Assembly (NCBI GenBank): GCA_027484085.1
Contig: JAIXQF010000010.1
Coordinates: forward strand, 186,970 to 250,969
DNA from: Actinomycetales bacterium
Lineage (GTDB): Bacteria; Actinomycetota; Actinomycetes; S36-B12; UBA5976
Length of the DNA: 64,000 nt
Direction of reading: 5' to 3'
Part shown: piece after piece, positions 25,239-35,750 of the stretch
Layout: each line of letters opens with the position of its first letter
Numbering within the stretch: the first letter of the stretch is position 1
The notes under the pieces: model-generated
Told to the model about the DNA's origin: nothing
Database searches by the model: none
What the model saw: only the letters and a program-made list of their open reading frames with translations
Position numbers and translations under genes: made by a program

Positions 25239-26678
25239 ATGGCTTCCCCAAATCTTGATGAGTTGAATCGAACTAGCGACTGGTCGCAGGTTCGCGTATG
25301 TGTAGTTGGGCTTGGCGTTGCTGGATTTGCAGCCGCAGATGCACTGATTAACTTAAATGCAAAAGTGATTGTTATTGATGCTGCATCAGGTGAGCGCCAA
25401 AAAGAGCGGGCAACAATCCTGGAAATCTTGGGTGCAGAAATCCGAATGGGTGATGACGCCACACTTCCTGATGAGATTGATTTGCTGGTGCTATCCCCAG
25501 GAGTTTCGCCACTTGCTCCAATTGTTGCGGCCGCACAAGCTGCAGGCGTGCAGATTTGGGGAGAGTTAGAACTTGCTTGGCGACTTCGAGATCCAGCCCA
25601 TCCAGCTCCTTGGCTTCTCGTAACTGGAACTAATGGAAAAACAACAACAACATTAATGCTGGAATCGATTTTGCTGGCAGCAGGCAAGCGAACTGTGGCA
25701 GCTGGAAACATTGGTCGGTCGCTGGTTGAAGTTGTTATGGATCCCACACCTTGGGATGTATTAGCAATCGAAGTAGGTGCACCGCAACTACCGTTTGTTT
25801 ACTCGATGTCTCCGCAGGCTGCTGTTTGCCTAAACCTTGCGCAGGATCACATAGATCTATTTGGATCATATGAGGCCTATCGCGATGCAAAGGCAAAGGT
25901 TTACGAAAGATGCCAGATTGCTGCCATCTTTAACGTTGCCGATGAAGAAACAATTCACATGGTCGAGCAAGCCGAAGTTATCGAAGGCTGTCGGGCTATT
26001 GGCTTTTCAACAGGAATCCCGGACATCTCAATGGTTGGTGTCGTCGAAGAGTTTCTAGTTGATCGAGCCTTCCTAGAAAATCGTCGAGAAGCAGCGCTAG
26101 AGCTTGCAGAAATAACAGACTTAGTGACACCAGCCATCCATAACATTTCGAATGCTCTCGCTGCCAGTGCATTAGCTCGAGCTCATGGCGTAGATGCCAG
26201 AGCAATTCGTGACGGGTTGAGAGCATGGCAACCTGCTCCGCACCGAATCGCTCATGTTGGCACAGTGGCTGGCGTTGACTACATAGATGATTCCAAGGCG
26301 ACAAACACTCACGCAGCTGCCACATCGTTGACTGCATATGAATCAGTTGTCTGGATTGCTGGCGGTATGGCAAAAGGCCAGGATTTCGACGAATTAGTTC
26401 TTGATAATGCGCATCGAATGCGCGCTGCTGTTCTTTTGGGGGTAGATCAGGATCAGATTGCTGCCGCACTGGAGCGACACGCTCCGAATGTCCCAATCCA
26501 TCGCGTAACTAGCAAGGAAACTAATGCAATGGAGTTAGTTGTTGCCCTCGCTGCCGAGTCGGCACAACCCGGAGACACCGTACTTTTGGCGCCCGGCTGC
26601 GCATCTTGGGACATGTTTACTGACTACTCAGCGCGCGGCGATGCCTTTGCAGCTGCGGTCAAAAGGCTTACCGCATGA
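25239..26678 (+). CDS. murD: UDP-N-acetylmuramoylalanine--D-glutamate ligase
   Basis: VGLGVAGFAAADAL Rossmann motif, VTGTNGKTTTTLM P-loop, and the expected position in the dcw cluster. Confidence 0.9.
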   Translation: MASPNLDELNRTSDWSQVRVCVVGLGVAGFAAADALINLNAKVIVIDAASGERQKERATILEILGAEIRMGDDATLPDEIDLLVLSPGVSPLAPIVAAAQAAGVQIWGELELAWRLRDPAHPAPWLLVTGTNGKTTTTLMLESILLAAGKRTVAAGNIGRSLVEVVMDPTPWDVLAIEVGAPQLPFVYSMSPQAAVCLNLAQDHIDLFGSYEAYRDAKAKVYERCQIAAIFNVADEETIHMVEQAEVIEGCRAIGFSTGIPDISMVGVVEEFLVDRAFLENRREAALELAEITDLVTPAIHNISNALAASALARAHGVDARAIRDGLRAWQPAPHRIAHVGTVAGVDYIDDSKATNTHAAATSLTAYESVVWIAGGMAKGQDFDELVLDNAHRMRAAVLLGVDQDQIAAALERHAPNVPIHRVTSKETNAMELVVALAAESAQPGDTVLLAPGCASWDMFTDYSARGDAFAAAVKRLTA

Positions 26679-27847
26679 CTGCCACTAAACCCGTAAAGCA
26701 AAAGAATTCTGGTGGTGGCTTAGCTGCTCGCCTCGATCACCCGATGCTTAACTTCCACATCTTGCTCGGAGCGACTGGGTTTTTGCTTTCGCTTGGAATC
26801 GTTATGGTTGCGTCTGCTTCAAGTGTTTTTTCTTATCAACAAAACAATGGCAACTCATGGGCACTAGCGACTAGGCAATTGATTTTTGCAATCATCGGAG
26901 TTGTTTTGATGATCGCTGTTTCCAAAATGCATGTTGATGCCATTCGTCGCTGGGCGCCGCTCTTCATGGTGGTTGTTGGCATCTTGCTAGTAGTTGTGCT
27001 TTTGGTTGGCACCGCGGTACACGGGCAAAAGAACTGGATTGATTTTGGCGGACCGTTTCGAATTCAGCCATCTGAATTTGCCAAACTTGCGATTGTCATG
27101 TGGGGCGCAGACATGTTGGATCGCAAGTATCACTTACTTGAACAGCGAAATCACTTATTGATGCCTGTGCTTCCGGTTTCCGCAGCTGTGCTCGGTCTAG
27201 TTATCTTGCAGGGTGACCTCGGAACCGCAATGGTCATGATGCCGATTATGGCTTCGCTACTTTATTTCGTAGGCGCTCCGAGAAAATGGTTTTTGTTAAT
27301 GGGGGGAGCTGGCCTTGCTGCCATTGCTGCGTTATCAATTGCCGCGCCGTACCGAATGGCTAGATTCACTTCATGGTTAGACCCATATGCTGATGCCCAA
27401 GGAACTGGATTCCAAGTTATTCATGGGCAGCAAGCCCTTGGTTCCGGCGGTTGGCTGGGATTAGGTCTTGGTGGTTCACGTGAAAAGTGGGGAACCCTTC
27501 CGGAAGCTCATACGGACTTCATCTATGCAGTCATGGGTGAAGAACTTGGAATCTTCGGAACGGTTTCAGTGCTAGTGCTTTTCACAGCGATTGCAATTAT
27601 TGGTCTGCAAATAGCACGAAAAACAAATGAGGCATTTATCCAGATCGCAACCCTGGGAATTGTTGCCTGGATTGTTACGCAGGCGCTAGTAAACATTGGG
27701 GCAGTGCTGGGCATTCTTCCAATTACAGGTGTTCCACTGCCGTTGGTTTCTTACGGCGGCTCGTCACTGATTCCAACTCTGCTAGCCATGGGAATTTTGA
27801 TGGCTTTTGCCAAACATGAGGCGTACCTTCAGGTATCGAAAAAGTAA
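26675..27847 (+). CDS. ftsW: SEDS-family peptidoglycan glycosyltransferase FtsW
   Basis: 390 aa with about 10 TM helices and the motifs RIQPSEFAKLA, TDFIYAV and PLPLVSYGGSS. Confidence 0.9.
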   Translation: MTATKPVKQKNSGGGLAARLDHPMLNFHILLGATGFLLSLGIVMVASASSVFSYQQNNGNSWALATRQLIFAIIGVVLMIAVSKMHVDAIRRWAPLFMVVVGILLVVVLLVGTAVHGQKNWIDFGGPFRIQPSEFAKLAIVMWGADMLDRKYHLLEQRNHLLMPVLPVSAAVLGLVILQGDLGTAMVMMPIMASLLYFVGAPRKWFLLMGGAGLAAIAALSIAAPYRMARFTSWLDPYADAQGTGFQVIHGQQALGSGGWLGLGLGGSREKWGTLPEAHTDFIYAVMGEELGIFGTVSVLVLFTAIAIIGLQIARKTNEAFIQIATLGIVAWIVTQALVNIGAVLGILPITGVPLPLVSYGGSSLIPTLLAMGILMAFAKHEAYLQVSKK

Positions 27848-27848
27848 C

Positions 27849-28934
27849 TTGAAAAAAAGCCTGAACGTAGTTCTAGCTGGCGGCGGAACTGCCGGCCATA
27901 TCGAACCTGCACTGAATCTGGCAGATCACTTAAAGCTAATTGATCCAACAATTAACATCACAGTTCTTGGCACCGCACGTGGGCTTGAAGTTGATTTAGT
28001 GCCAGCCCGAGGATACAAACTTGAACTTATCCCAGCAGTTCCGCTACCTCGAAAGTTCAATGGCGACTTAGTTACGCTCCCTACCAGACTTCGTTCAGCT
28101 ATTAAGCAAACCCGGGATCTACTTACTGAATTAGAAGCCGATGTCGTCGTCGGGTTTGGTGGCTACGTTTCGATTCCGGCCTATCTTGCTGCGCGTGGTG
28201 AAGTGCCAATTGTTGTGCACGAAGCAAATGCTAGAGCGGGTCTGGCCAATCGGGTAGGTGCTCGATTTGCTGCAGCTGTTGCCGAAACCGTTCCTGACAG
28301 TTTGCCGCGGGCGCAACTTATTGGCATTCCGCTACGCAAGACAATCGAGTCTCTGGATCGTGCAGCACTTCGCAGTAAAGCCAGAGAACATTTCGGAATA
28401 AACGACTCGTCTACCTGCGTCTTGGTATTTGGCGGCTCGCAAGGCTCAGTCAAACTCAACTCCGTCGTTGCTGACTGTCTCAATTCAAAAATTTTTGGTG
28501 ACATTTCGATTCTTCATTCAGTTGGATTAAAGAATGAATTTCCAAAATCAGAAACTTCCAACTATCGACCATTGAAATACATTGATCGAATGGATCTTGC
28601 TTATGCAGCGACAGATTTTGTCATCGGTCGCGCGGGTGCGATGACCGTGGCCGAACTAACTGCAGTTGGGTTACCAGCATGTTTTGTCCCGCTTCCAATT
28701 GGAAATGGCGAACAAAGTCTCAATGCAACACCTGTGGTGGAAGCCGGTGGAGCCATCATGATTTCAGATTTGGAATTTAATGCTGATTTTGTACTTAACC
28801 AGGTAATGCCGATACTTTCCGATGCAAAGAAACTAAGTGAAATGTCGAAGATCAGCGCATCATTTGGTCACAAAGATTCAGCAGATGATCTTGCTAAATT
28901 GGTTTTGTCCATTGCGAGAGAGGGTAAATCTTGA
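27849..28934 (+). CDS. murG: Undecaprenyldiphospho-muramoylpentapeptide beta-N-acetylglucosaminyltransferase
   Basis: VVLAGGGTAGHIEPAL and RAGAMTVAEL. I chose the TTG at 27849, immediately after the ftsW stop; the longer in-frame ORF from 27807 overlaps ftsW by 41 nt. Confidence 0.88.
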   Translation: MKKSLNVVLAGGGTAGHIEPALNLADHLKLIDPTINITVLGTARGLEVDLVPARGYKLELIPAVPLPRKFNGDLVTLPTRLRSAIKQTRDLLTELEADVVVGFGGYVSIPAYLAARGEVPIVVHEANARAGLANRVGARFAAAVAETVPDSLPRAQLIGIPLRKTIESLDRAALRSKAREHFGINDSSTCVLVFGGSQGSVKLNSVVADCLNSKIFGDISILHSVGLKNEFPKSETSNYRPLKYIDRMDLAYAATDFVIGRAGAMTVAELTAVGLPACFVPLPIGNGEQSLNATPVVEAGGAIMISDLEFNADFVLNQVMPILSDAKKLSEMSKISASFGHKDSADDLAKLVLSIAREGKS

Positions 28935-30328
28935 GTTACCTAACTGGGCGAGTTCATGTAGTTGGTATCGGCGGTGCCGGAATGAGTGGCATCGCAAGAG
29001 TTTTGCTAGCAAGAGGTATTGCAGTTTCTGGCAGTGATGCCAAAGATTCTCGTCGACTGCAGGCGTTAAAGCCGTTGGGCGCAGATGTGTATGTTGGGCA
29101 TGACGCTGACAACCTCTTTATTGCTGGCGCACAACCTTCGTGCGTCGTTGTCTCGACCGCTATAGGTAAAGATAACGCCGAAGTTGTTAAGGCCACAGAA
29201 CTTGGCATTCCTGTTGTAAGCCGGGCGATTGCCCTAGCTGAACTACTTGAGAATTCAATTGCAATTTCAGTTGCGGGAACTCATGGGAAAACTACAACTA
29301 CATCAATGCTCACAGTAATTTTGCAAAATGCTGGAAAAGATCCGTCATTTGTAATTGGTTCCGAAATGAATGAGTCTGGAAGTAACGCGCATCAAGGTTC
29401 CAGTGAACTATTTGTTGTTGAAGCAGATGAAAGCGATGGAACTTTCTTAGTTCTACCGACAACTCTTGGAATCGTAACCAACGTAGAAGCTGACCACCTT
29501 AATTACTGGGGTAGTTACGAAGCTGTTGAGCAAGCGTTTATTGACTTCATTGTGGGAACAGGCAAGCGCGATGGCTGTGCGGTTGTGTGCGGTGATGATC
29601 CAGGCGCGAAAGTGGTTACCCAACGAGCGCGTGAACTGGGTGCAAAAGTTATCACTTATGGCCAGGGAGCCGAAAACGATGCCGTTCTGAATCTGCTGCC
29701 TTCTGGTTCTGTTGGATCTGAGTTCACTGTTACTTATCAAGGTCAGACGCACGGGCCAATCAAGCTGTTGGTTCCTGGCGTGCATAATGCTCTTAACGCG
29801 ACGGCTGCATTCATTGCTGCGCTGACTCAAGGATGCGCGCCACAACAGTGTGTTGCTGGATTACAAAGCTTTACCGGAACTCATCGTCGATTTGAGTTCC
29901 GCGGTGAAGTTGCGGGCATTCGAGTTTTTGATGACTACGCACATCACCCAACAGAAATTGACGCCGTTTTGCGAGCTGCTCGGACCGTTGTTGGCCAAGG
30001 CCGAGTACTCGCTGCTTTCCAGGCGCACCACTATTACCGAACCGCATTGTTTTCAAAAGAATTTGGGCAAGCACTTGGGCTAGCTGACTTCGTCGTTGTC
30101 TTGGAAGTTTTTGCACCAGGCGAAGAACCAATTCCTGGTGCCTCAGGTAGCACTATGGCGAACAATGTTCCGTTGTCAAAAGAGCAGGTTGTTTTTGAGC
30201 CATCTTGGTCGAAGGTACCTGGCCATTTAGTGGATCACGCTAAAGAAGGGGACATAATTTTGACGCTTGGTGCCGGCGACATTGGCATGATGTGTCCTGA
30301 AATTCTTACTCTCTTGGAAGCCAAGTAA
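28931..30328 (+). CDS. murC: UDP-N-acetylmuramate--L-alanine ligase
   Basis: VHVVGIGGAGMSGIA, VAGTHGKTTTTSM and DDYAHHPTEI. Confidence 0.92.
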   Translation: MSYLTGRVHVVGIGGAGMSGIARVLLARGIAVSGSDAKDSRRLQALKPLGADVYVGHDADNLFIAGAQPSCVVVSTAIGKDNAEVVKATELGIPVVSRAIALAELLENSIAISVAGTHGKTTTTSMLTVILQNAGKDPSFVIGSEMNESGSNAHQGSSELFVVEADESDGTFLVLPTTLGIVTNVEADHLNYWGSYEAVEQAFIDFIVGTGKRDGCAVVCGDDPGAKVVTQRARELGAKVITYGQGAENDAVLNLLPSGSVGSEFTVTYQGQTHGPIKLLVPGVHNALNATAAFIAALTQGCAPQQCVAGLQSFTGTHRRFEFRGEVAGIRVFDDYAHHPTEIDAVLRAARTVVGQGRVLAAFQAHHYYRTALFSKEFGQALGLADFVVVLEVFAPGEEPIPGASGSTMANNVPLSKEQVVFEPSWSKVPGHLVDHAKEGDIILTLGAGDIGMMCPEILTLLEAK

Positions 30329-31017
30329 TGTCTCAAACCGTTCGCTCGGCAAAGCCTAAGAAGAAACGCAAATCCAAAGGCCCTTGGTTGTTATGGCTGC
30401 TAGTTATTCTGTCCGCCGTTACTTGGTGGAGCTTGTACCAATCGCAATGGTTCGTTGCCCAGGAAGTGACTATAGCTGGCAACTCAAGACTTTCGGTTGA
30501 GCAAATTTCGGCAGTAGCGGCAGTTCCAATTGGAAACTCGCTGATGTCGATTAATCCAGGTCAAGTTTCAGAACAACTACAAGCTCTTCCAGAAATCAAA
30601 GTTGCAACTGTGGAGCGGGGCTGGCCACATTCGATTTTGATTACAGTAATCGAGCGGACTCCGATTGCCGTTGCGGCAACTGCAAGTGGGTACAACTTAA
30701 TTGATTCAGATGGTGTCAATGCGGGCTTAGTTGCTGCGCCGCCAAAAGGTTTGTTAGTTATCTCGGCACAACCTGACAGCCCAGCTATGACGAATGCGAT
30801 CCAAATACTAACTGCGATCCCAACCGAGTGGGCCCTGAAGGGGTTAAGCGCGCCAACACAAGACAGCGTGGTTGCAACTTTGGGCAATGGCGTCCGTGTC
30901 ACATTTGGCTCGGGTGAACGCGCCACTGACAAAGTGGAAGTTGCCCAAGCGTTTATCGAAAAAGGATACGAAGTTATTAACGTAAGCGCCCCGGACGCTC
31001 CGACAGTTAAAGAGTAA
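30328..31017 (+). CDS. ftsQ: Cell division protein FtsQ (POTRA domain)
   Basis: 229 aa with a basic N-terminus, one TM helix and a POTRA-like segment (VTIAGNSRLSVEQI). It sits in the expected position between murC and ftsZ. Confidence 0.75.
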   Translation: MSQTVRSAKPKKKRKSKGPWLLWLLVILSAVTWWSLYQSQWFVAQEVTIAGNSRLSVEQISAVAAVPIGNSLMSINPGQVSEQLQALPEIKVATVERGWPHSILITVIERTPIAVAATASGYNLIDSDGVNAGLVAAPPKGLLVISAQPDSPAMTNAIQILTAIPTEWALKGLSAPTQDSVVATLGNGVRVTFGSGERATDKVEVAQAFIEKGYEVINVSAPDAPTVKE

Positions 31018-31204
31018 GAAATCTAGATTTCACTGCGCTAAACCTTTGGCATTCTGAACCGACACGCCAACAGTCAATCCCTGTATATATGCGCGGTTAG
31101 CCGTAACTTATACCCACCCAAAGATGAAGAATCTTTAACGCTCAAGATGAGGTTTAGAGTTCGCAACTTTGGCAGCACAAAGCTTGTCTAGAAAGGCAAA
31201 CACC

Positions 31205-32437
31205 ATGGCCGCTCCACAGAATTACTTAGCAGTTATCAAAGTTGTCGGTATTGGCGGCGGTGGCGTTAACGCAATCAACCGCATGATTGAAGCCGGCCTT
31301 AAGGGTGTCGAGTTTGTTGCCATTAATACTGATGCGCAAGCGCTTTTGATGAGCGATGCTGACGTCAAGTTGGACATCGGTCGAGACTTAACTCGCGGCC
31401 TTGGTGCTGGCGCTGATCCAGAAGTTGGCCGACAAGCCGCTGAAGATCATCGCGAAGAGATTGAAGAAGTTCTCCGCGGAGCCGACATGGTTTTCGTTAC
31501 TGCTGGTGAAGGTGGCGGAACTGGAACAGGCGGCGCACCAATTGTTGCCAAGATTTCTCGCGACATGGGCGCCCTAACCATCGGCGTCGTAACCCGCCCA
31601 TTTAGTTTCGAAGGAAAGCGCCGTTCGGCCCAAGCCGATGAAGGCGTAGATTCACTTCGCACTCAGGTCGATACCTTAATCGTTATTCCAAATGACCGAC
31701 TACTCGAACTTGCTGACAATGGCATCAGCGTTATCGATGCCTTCCGTCACGCTGACTCCGTATTGCTTCAGGGTGTTAGCGGTATCACTGACTTGATTAC
31801 GACTCCAGGATTAATCAACCTTGATTACGCAGATGTTCGCAGCGTTATGAAGGATGCCGGTAGCGCATTGATGGGAATCGGTTCGGCACGTGGCGCTGAT
31901 CGTGCAATCGAAGCAGCTCGCCAGGCCATTTCAAGTCCACTTCTTGAGGCCAGCATTGAGGGCGCTCGTGGCGTACTTATGTCTATTGCCGGTGGTAGCG
32001 ACTTAGGTTTGTTTGAAATCAACGAAGCAGCTCGGATGGTGCAAAGTGCAGTCCATCCAGAGGCCAACATCATTTTCGGCGCTGTAATCGATGACACCCA
32101 AGGAGATCAGGTTAAGGTCACCGTAATTGCGGCTGGTTTTGACGGTGGCTCACCTCCTTCAAATCGATCAACTTCACCTATGTCAAAGCGAGTACTTGAC
32201 GAAACTCCACTAGCTGCAGCCGTTGCCGTTGATTTGGCGCGTGATGGGGAAACACCTTCTATTCCACTAACTCCTGAATCATTCTCTGACGGTGCTTTTT
32301 CTTCGCCAGCAATTGAAGATGAAGATGACAACTTTGACAATCTGTTTGGTGAGGCCCAAGTTTCGCCAAATCACACAGACGTCGATGCTGGTGTTGAAGA
32401 TGACGGCGACTTAGACGTTCCAGATTTCCTTCGCTAA
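31205..32437 (+). CDS. ftsZ: Cell division GTPase FtsZ
   Basis: [33 protein letters not shown] and the C-terminal peptide DLDVPDFLR. The ATG at 31205 is preceded by GAAAGG; the TTG at 31169 looks like a spurious extension. Confidence 0.95.
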   Translation: MAAPQNYLAVIKVVGIGGGGVNAINRMIEAGLKGVEFVAINTDAQALLMSDADVKLDIGRDLTRGLGAGADPEVGRQAAEDHREEIEEVLRGADMVFVTAGEGGGTGTGGAPIVAKISRDMGALTIGVVTRPFSFEGKRRSAQADEGVDSLRTQVDTLIVIPNDRLLELADNGISVIDAFRHADSVLLQGVSGITDLITTPGLINLDYADVRSVMKDAGSALMGIGSARGADRAIEAARQAISSPLLEASIEGARGVLMSIAGGSDLGLFEINEAARMVQSAVHPEANIIFGAVIDDTQGDQVKVTVIAAGFDGGSPPSNRSTSPMSKRVLDETPLAAAVAVDLARDGETPSIPLTPESFSDGAFSSPAIEDEDDNFDNLFGEAQVSPNHTDVDAGVEDDGDLDVPDFLR

Positions 32438-32455
32438 AGCCTGAACTTTTTGGGA

Positions 32456-33190
32456 ATGGATGCGCAGGTCTTCGGCCGCGTTTCGATTGAAGGTATCCAC
32501 GCGGTTGCAGTAACCCGAATCGGCGGGGTAAGTAGCGCGCCATTTGATTCACTAAACCTGGCTACCTATGTGGGTGATGATCCTGCTTGCGTTACCGCAA
32601 ACTTAGGAATTGCCAAGGATCTAGTTTCGGCGCAAGAGGTTTCAGTAATGAATGCCGAGCACGGAAAAACAGTTCATGTAGTTAGCGAACCAGGCATTGC
32701 CCCACTTGGCGACGGCCTAGTGACTAGCCAAGCCCAACTTGCTATTGCTGCTTTGGCCGCGGATTGCGTACCGTTTGGATTGATTGATCCAGTGAATCGG
32801 GTTATCGCTGTCGGGCATGCTGGTTGGCGTGGGGTTTTGGCCAACCTAATGCAATCACTCTTGGATGAGTTCTCGGCGCAAGGTGGGCAACCCGATCACA
32901 CCCAGGCGGTAATTGGTCCAGCCATTTGTGGGAATTGTTACGTTGTGCCCGCAGAAAGAGTTGAGCTGTTTCAAGATATTCGCCCAGAAGCTATTAACTC
33001 TTCAACAACTCTTGATTTAACTTCAGGAGTCCGGTCCGTACTCGCCACACAAGTTTCCAAGGTGTATGAATTCACAGGATGCACCTTTGAGAATTTCGAC
33101 CTGTTTTCCTACCGTCGGGCAGCAGGGGAGCCAACTGGTCGCGGTGGACTAGTTATTGCAATGAGTAACTCACCAGTACTTAACTCATAG
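32456..33190 (+). CDS. pgeF: Purine nucleoside phosphorylase/laccase-domain protein PgeF (YfiH)
   Basis: ADCVP...HAGWRG...CGNCY motifs. Conserved position after ftsZ. Confidence 0.8.
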   Translation: MDAQVFGRVSIEGIHAVAVTRIGGVSSAPFDSLNLATYVGDDPACVTANLGIAKDLVSAQEVSVMNAEHGKTVHVVSEPGIAPLGDGLVTSQAQLAIAALAADCVPFGLIDPVNRVIAVGHAGWRGVLANLMQSLLDEFSAQGGQPDHTQAVIGPAICGNCYVVPAERVELFQDIRPEAINSSTTLDLTSGVRSVLATQVSKVYEFTGCTFENFDLFSYRRAAGEPTGRGGLVIAMSNSPVLNS

Positions 33191-33194
33191 AGTT

Positions 33195-33899
33195 GTGGGC
33201 ATGGAGCGAAAACTAGAGTTGCAAGCCAACTTGCGGGATGTAGAACAAGAGATTTCTGCTGCCTGTGTTGCTGCTAACCGAAATCGTTCCGACGTCACGT
33301 TAATTGCCGTTACTAAAACTTGGCCGGCTAGCGATGTGGACCTGCTTGCAGAATTAGGTGTCACGGACGTTGGCGAGAACCGCGATCAAGAAGCAAAGCC
33401 AAAACATGACGAAGTGCAAGCCACCAATTTGAAGTGGCATGCGATAGGCCAATTGCAAACCAATAAAGCCAAGAGTGTTGCAGCCTGGGCCGACGTAGTT
33501 CACAGCGTGGATCGCAGTGATTTAGTGAACGCACTAACTAAGGCCGTATCGGGCAGAGCAACTCCGCTTGGGGTCTTGATCCAAGCCAACCTCGATCCAG
33601 AACCAACTGAAAATCGAGGTGGGGCACTGCCGAGTGAATTACTAAAACTAGCCGAGTTGATTTCCAACTGTGACGGATTGCGACTACAAGGAGTTATGGG
33701 CGTTGCTCCGCTTGCCGGCGACGATGAACTGGCCTTTGCAAAGCTGCAAGAGCTCGCTGACCAAATCCAGAACTCATATCCTGAGGCTAATTGGATCTCG
33801 GCAGGAATGAGTGGCGACTTTGCAACTGCCTTGAAATTTGGTGCGACACACCTACGAATTGGCTCATCGATCCTCGGAAATCGAGGTTTTCAAGGGTAA
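33195..33899 (+). CDS. yggS: YggS-family pyridoxal-phosphate homeostasis protein
   Basis: LIAVTKTWP (PLP lysine), WHAIGQLQTNK and LRIGSSILG. The alternative start is the ATG at 33201. Confidence 0.85.
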   Translation: MGMERKLELQANLRDVEQEISAACVAANRNRSDVTLIAVTKTWPASDVDLLAELGVTDVGENRDQEAKPKHDEVQATNLKWHAIGQLQTNKAKSVAAWADVVHSVDRSDLVNALTKAVSGRATPLGVLIQANLDPEPTENRGGALPSELLKLAELISNCDGLRLQGVMGVAPLAGDDELAFAKLQELADQIQNSYPEANWISAGMSGDFATALKFGATHLRIGSSILGNRGFQG

Positions 33900-33934
33900 G
33901 TTCGTATTACTTACCCCTGCAAGGAGCGAACCAC

Positions 33935-34432
33935 ATGGCTAACGCAATGCGAAAAATGGCTGAATACCTTGGCCTTGTCGATGGCGGCGAATACGTCGAT
34001 GAATTTGGTAACTACGCTGAAACCGACCTTCAGGACTACGAAGAGCAGGCGCCTCTACGTCAGGTGAACCAAAGCGCTTCTTACGGACAGGTAAGCGCAC
34101 CTGCACAAGCGGCTTATGTAGCTCCAGTTCGCACCGCAGCTCCAGTTGCTGATGTGTACCGAATCACAACTTTGCACCCAATTACTTACAACGACGCCAG
34201 ACGCATCGGTGAAGAATTCCGCACAGGCACACCAGTAATCATGAACTTAAGCGACATGGACGAAGCAGATGCCCGTCGAATCGTTGATTTCTCTGCCGGT
34301 CTTGCCTTTGGATTACACGGCAGCATTGAAAAGGTGACAAAGGGAGTATTCCTTTTGTCCCCAGCAAATGTTGACATTGGCGCTGCTGCACGTGCGCAGC
34401 TGCGCGAAGATCCATTCTTTAACCAGAGCTAA
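33935..34432 (+). CDS. sepF: Cell division protein SepF
   Basis: MANAMRKMAEYLGLVD N-terminus and the C-terminal domain PVIMNLSDMDEADARRIVDFSAGLAFGLHGSIEKV. AAGGAG RBS upstream. The longer ORF from 33791 overlaps yggS. Confidence 0.88.
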   Translation: MANAMRKMAEYLGLVDGGEYVDEFGNYAETDLQDYEEQAPLRQVNQSASYGQVSAPAQAAYVAPVRTAAPVADVYRITTLHPITYNDARRIGEEFRTGTPVIMNLSDMDEADARRIVDFSAGLAFGLHGSIEKVTKGVFLLSPANVDIGAAARAQLREDPFFNQS

Positions 34433-34444
34433 TTAGTTCTCGTC

Positions 34445-34729
34445 GTGTCATCCGTTGCGGGAATAATCTCGTCACTACTTAATCTCTATGTCTTGGTGCT
34501 AATTGCCAGGTTAGTTCTAGAGTATGTTTCCGTTTTCGCCAGAGATTGGCGCCCAAAAGGCCCGGTACTGCTGCTTTCTGAAGCAGTATTCACCTTGACC
34601 GATCCACCGCTGAAAGCAATTCGCCGAGTAGTGCCAAGTCTGCGCATTGGAAATGTCGCGATAGACCTTTCCTTCATTATTTTGCTGTTTGCGATTTCGA
34701 TCACCAGGGGAGTGCTAGCCAGTTTCTAG
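34445..34729 (+). CDS. yggT: YggT-family membrane protein
   Basis: 94 aa with two TM helices and the TDPPLKAIRRVVP motif. Confidence 0.75.
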   Translation: MSSVAGIISSLLNLYVLVLIARLVLEYVSVFARDWRPKGPVLLLSEAVFTLTDPPLKAIRRVVPSLRIGNVAIDLSFIILLFAISITRGVLASF

Positions 34730-34887
34730 CCCTAACTGGCCAAATCCAGGATTGGTTAATACCCCCTAAAACCCAACAACCAATGGCTTGGGTTTCACTT
34801 TCTGGTGGTTTATCTCTAATCTAGAACCCACGGGGTTTTGGATCTATCCCTGATCTCGTAATTTATTAAAGACGGAAGGTTTTCAAC

Positions 34888-35694
34888 ATGGCTCTTACGC
34901 CTGAAGATGTGCGAAACAAGCAATTCACCACAGTTCGATTCAAAGAAGGCTATGACCTAGATGAAGTTGATAACTTCCTAGATGAAATCGAAGTAGCTCT
35001 GACTGCAGCAACTCGTGAAGCAGATGACTTGCGCGCTACTGCAAAGGGTGAAGTTCCGGAATCAATTCGCGAAGAAATCCGTGCACTTGGTGATGAGAAT
35101 GCTCGTTTGAAGAGCGAACTAGATCAGGCTGCTAAGGCACTCGCTGATGCAAATGCTCGTGGCGTTATTTCAGATGACAGTGCTGCAAGCAACGAAGCGC
35201 TTAAGTCTGCACATGAGCAGATCAATGAACTTGAACAGCAAGTTAAGTCAGGCAAAGAAGAGCTTGATAGTAGCTTGGCTGTTATCTCCGAACTTAAATC
35301 TCAACTTGATGCAGCACTAGCCGAAGGCGCAGCCTCAGCAGCGTCCGCAGCAGTTTCCGCATCACCAGCCGAACAGGGTATCGCATCAGTTCGCATTCTT
35401 GAACTGGCGCAGCGCACCGCAGATGAGGCAGTAGCTGCCGCTCGCATCGAATCAGAGCAAATGCTAAGTTCTGCAAAGTCCACATCTGAGGAACTAGTTT
35501 CTGAGGCAAAGACAAACGTTGCTAACATCACTCGTGAGTTTGAGTCCCAGCGAGTAGCGATGGAACGTCGCGTTGAGGAATTACGTGCCTATGAGCGCGA
35601 ATACCGTGGACGTCTCCGTAGCTACCTAGAGGGTCAGTTGCGTGAACTTGAATCCAAGAACATCAACGGTGACCGTCAGGTAACTGAAGACTAA
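34888..35694 (+). CDS. divIVA: DivIVA/Wag31 polar-growth coiled-coil protein
   Basis: MALTPEDVRNKQFTTVRFKEGYDLDEVDNFLDEIE N-terminal domain followed by a long coiled coil. Confidence 0.88.
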   Translation: MALTPEDVRNKQFTTVRFKEGYDLDEVDNFLDEIEVALTAATREADDLRATAKGEVPESIREEIRALGDENARLKSELDQAAKALADANARGVISDDSAASNEALKSAHEQINELEQQVKSGKEELDSSLAVISELKSQLDAALAEGAASAASAAVSASPAEQGIASVRILELAQRTADEAVAAARIESEQMLSSAKSTSEELVSEAKTNVANITREFESQRVAMERRVEELRAYEREYRGRLRSYLEGQLRELESKNINGDRQVTED

Positions 35695-35707
35695 TTCTTA
35701 AAACAAA

Positions 35708-35743
35708 AAACAAGGCCCGGGATTATCCCAGGCCTTGTTTTTT
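35708..35743. terminator. Bidirectional rho-independent terminator between divIVA (+) and ileS (-)
   Basis: 14 bp paired with one C/A mismatch: AAACAAGGCCCGGGA / TCCCAGGCCTTGTTT, loop TTA. It is flanked by an A-run (35705-10) and a T-run (35738-43). Confidence 0.8.
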
Positions 35744-35750
35744 GCTTTAG

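Noticed and set aside
25223-25747. Large antisense ORFs inside confirmed genes, e.g. 25223..25747 (-) in murD, 20014..20505 (-) in ftsI, 51266..51772 (-) and 52238..52747 (-) in trpE, 4720..5244 (+) opposite lrp, 35989..36399 (+) in ileS
   Set aside because: They lie fully within well-supported genes on the other strand. They have Ser/Arg/Pro/Ala-rich, low-complexity compositions typical of antisense frames, and no RBS or recognisable motifs.
31018-31031. Perfect 14-bp palindrome GAAATCTAGATTTC just after ftsQ, upstream of ftsZ
   Set aside because: A few perfect 14-bp palindromes are expected by chance in 64 kb. There is no second copy or phased partner, and I cannot link it to a known regulator. 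The same applies to GATTCGCGAATC at 6983-6994.
33791-33934. Long N-terminal extensions of several track ORFs: sepF from 33791, lspA from 40181, the deacetylase from 8466, ftsZ from 31169, murG from 27807
   Set aside because: Each extension overlaps the upstream gene by 40-110 nt and lacks an RBS. Internal starts reproduce the canonical N-termini (for example MANAMRKMAEYLGL for SepF) and have RBS-like sequences.
34768-34795. Hairpin AAACCCAA...TTGGGTTT between yggT and divIVA as a terminator
   Set aside because: The stem is only 8 bp with a 12-nt loop and no proper U-tract. It is at best a weak attenuator and is not reported as a feature.
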